Source of the DNA: Octopus vulgaris
Taxonomy: Eukaryota
Assembly (NCBI GenBank): GCA_951406725.2
Contig: OX597823.1
Coordinates: 34,100,001 to 34,164,000 of the forward strand
Reading direction: 5' to 3'
Length of the DNA: 64,000 nt
This document shows positions 63,470 through 64,000 of this stretch, one piece after another. The notes beneath the pieces are model-generated. The model ran no database searches and was not told the DNA's origin. It saw nothing but the letters and a program-made list of their open reading frames with translations. A program made the position numbers and the translations under genes. Positions within the stretch are counted from its first letter, which is position 1. Every line of letters begins with the position of its first letter.

Positions 63470-63966
63470 CCCGTGGCCTCTACCTGGGACGTAGCCAGCC
63501 CACTTATGCATACCGTTCCTTCTTGTGACACAAACCCTACTTGTGAAGACCTGTTGAGGCAAGTGAAAATCAAAATCCAAATCGAAATCTTTCAACATCA
63601 ATGGAAATTGTAGCTGAAATACCAGTGCCGGTGGCACGTAAGAGAACTGCCGGTGGCACGTAAGAGAACTGTCTGAACGTGGCCCTTGCCAGCGCCACCC
63701 CGACTGGCCTCCATGCCGGTGGCACGTAAAAAGCACCATCCGATCATGGCTGTTTGCCAGCCTCGTCTGGCACCTGTGCAGGTGGTACATAAAAAGCACC
63801 CACTACACTCTCGGAGTGGTTGGCGTTAGGAAGGGCACCCAGCTGTAGAAACACTGCCAGATCAGACTGGGCCTGGTGCAGCCTCCTGGCTTCCCAGACC
63901 CCAGTTGAACCGTCCAACCCATGCTAGCATGGAAAACGGACGTTAAACGATGATGATGATGATGAT
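61117..63966 (+). mobile_element. 5'-truncated young RTE LINE with 3' UTR unit array and (GAT)n tail
   Basis: homology to the 24838-27275 copy starts at atgtaccccacaacat; ends ggacgttaaacgatgatgatg. Confidence 0.95.
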
Positions 63967-64000
63967 GTATGTATGTATATAAATAAATATATACACACAC

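Noticed and set aside
61506-63799. Minus-strand ORFs overlapping the RTE (also 26095-26859, and plus-strand ORFs at 58200-61065)
   Set aside because: Antisense shadows of RT coding sequence
63624-63800. Resemblance of the unit to pistol or twister ribozymes (GCACGUAAA, UGCCGGU)
   Set aside because: The remaining conserved catalytic elements and stems of those classes are not present

Overview
AT-rich, microsatellite-dense eukaryotic genomic DNA. The SINE/LINE repertoire strongly suggests an octopus (cephalopod); this is inferred, not proven. The only host gene I can support is the 3' end of a cAMP phosphodiesterase of the PDE8 family: four plus-strand coding exons (187-325, 16235-16411, 24285-24414, 27703-27854) with canonical GT-AG sites and consistent phases. 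Most other recognisable sequence is transposon-derived: three tRNA-derived SINE families, RTE LINEs (including an uninterrupted RT ORF with a PHD finger at ~61.1-63.5 kb), HERO-, R4/Dong-, CR1- and L1/Tx1-like fragments, mariner-derived foldback elements and MITEs. The most unusual signals are RNA-structural. First, the RTE 3' UTR carries a variable-number tandem array of a ~26-nt motif that folds as a compact H-type pseudoknot, with pair-preserving changes across copies. Second, about nine minimal type-I hammerhead-ribozyme-like motifs of the Penelope type are scattered through the window, including a family with a non-canonical CUGUNGA core. All alignments and folds were done by eye, and repeat boundaries are approximate.
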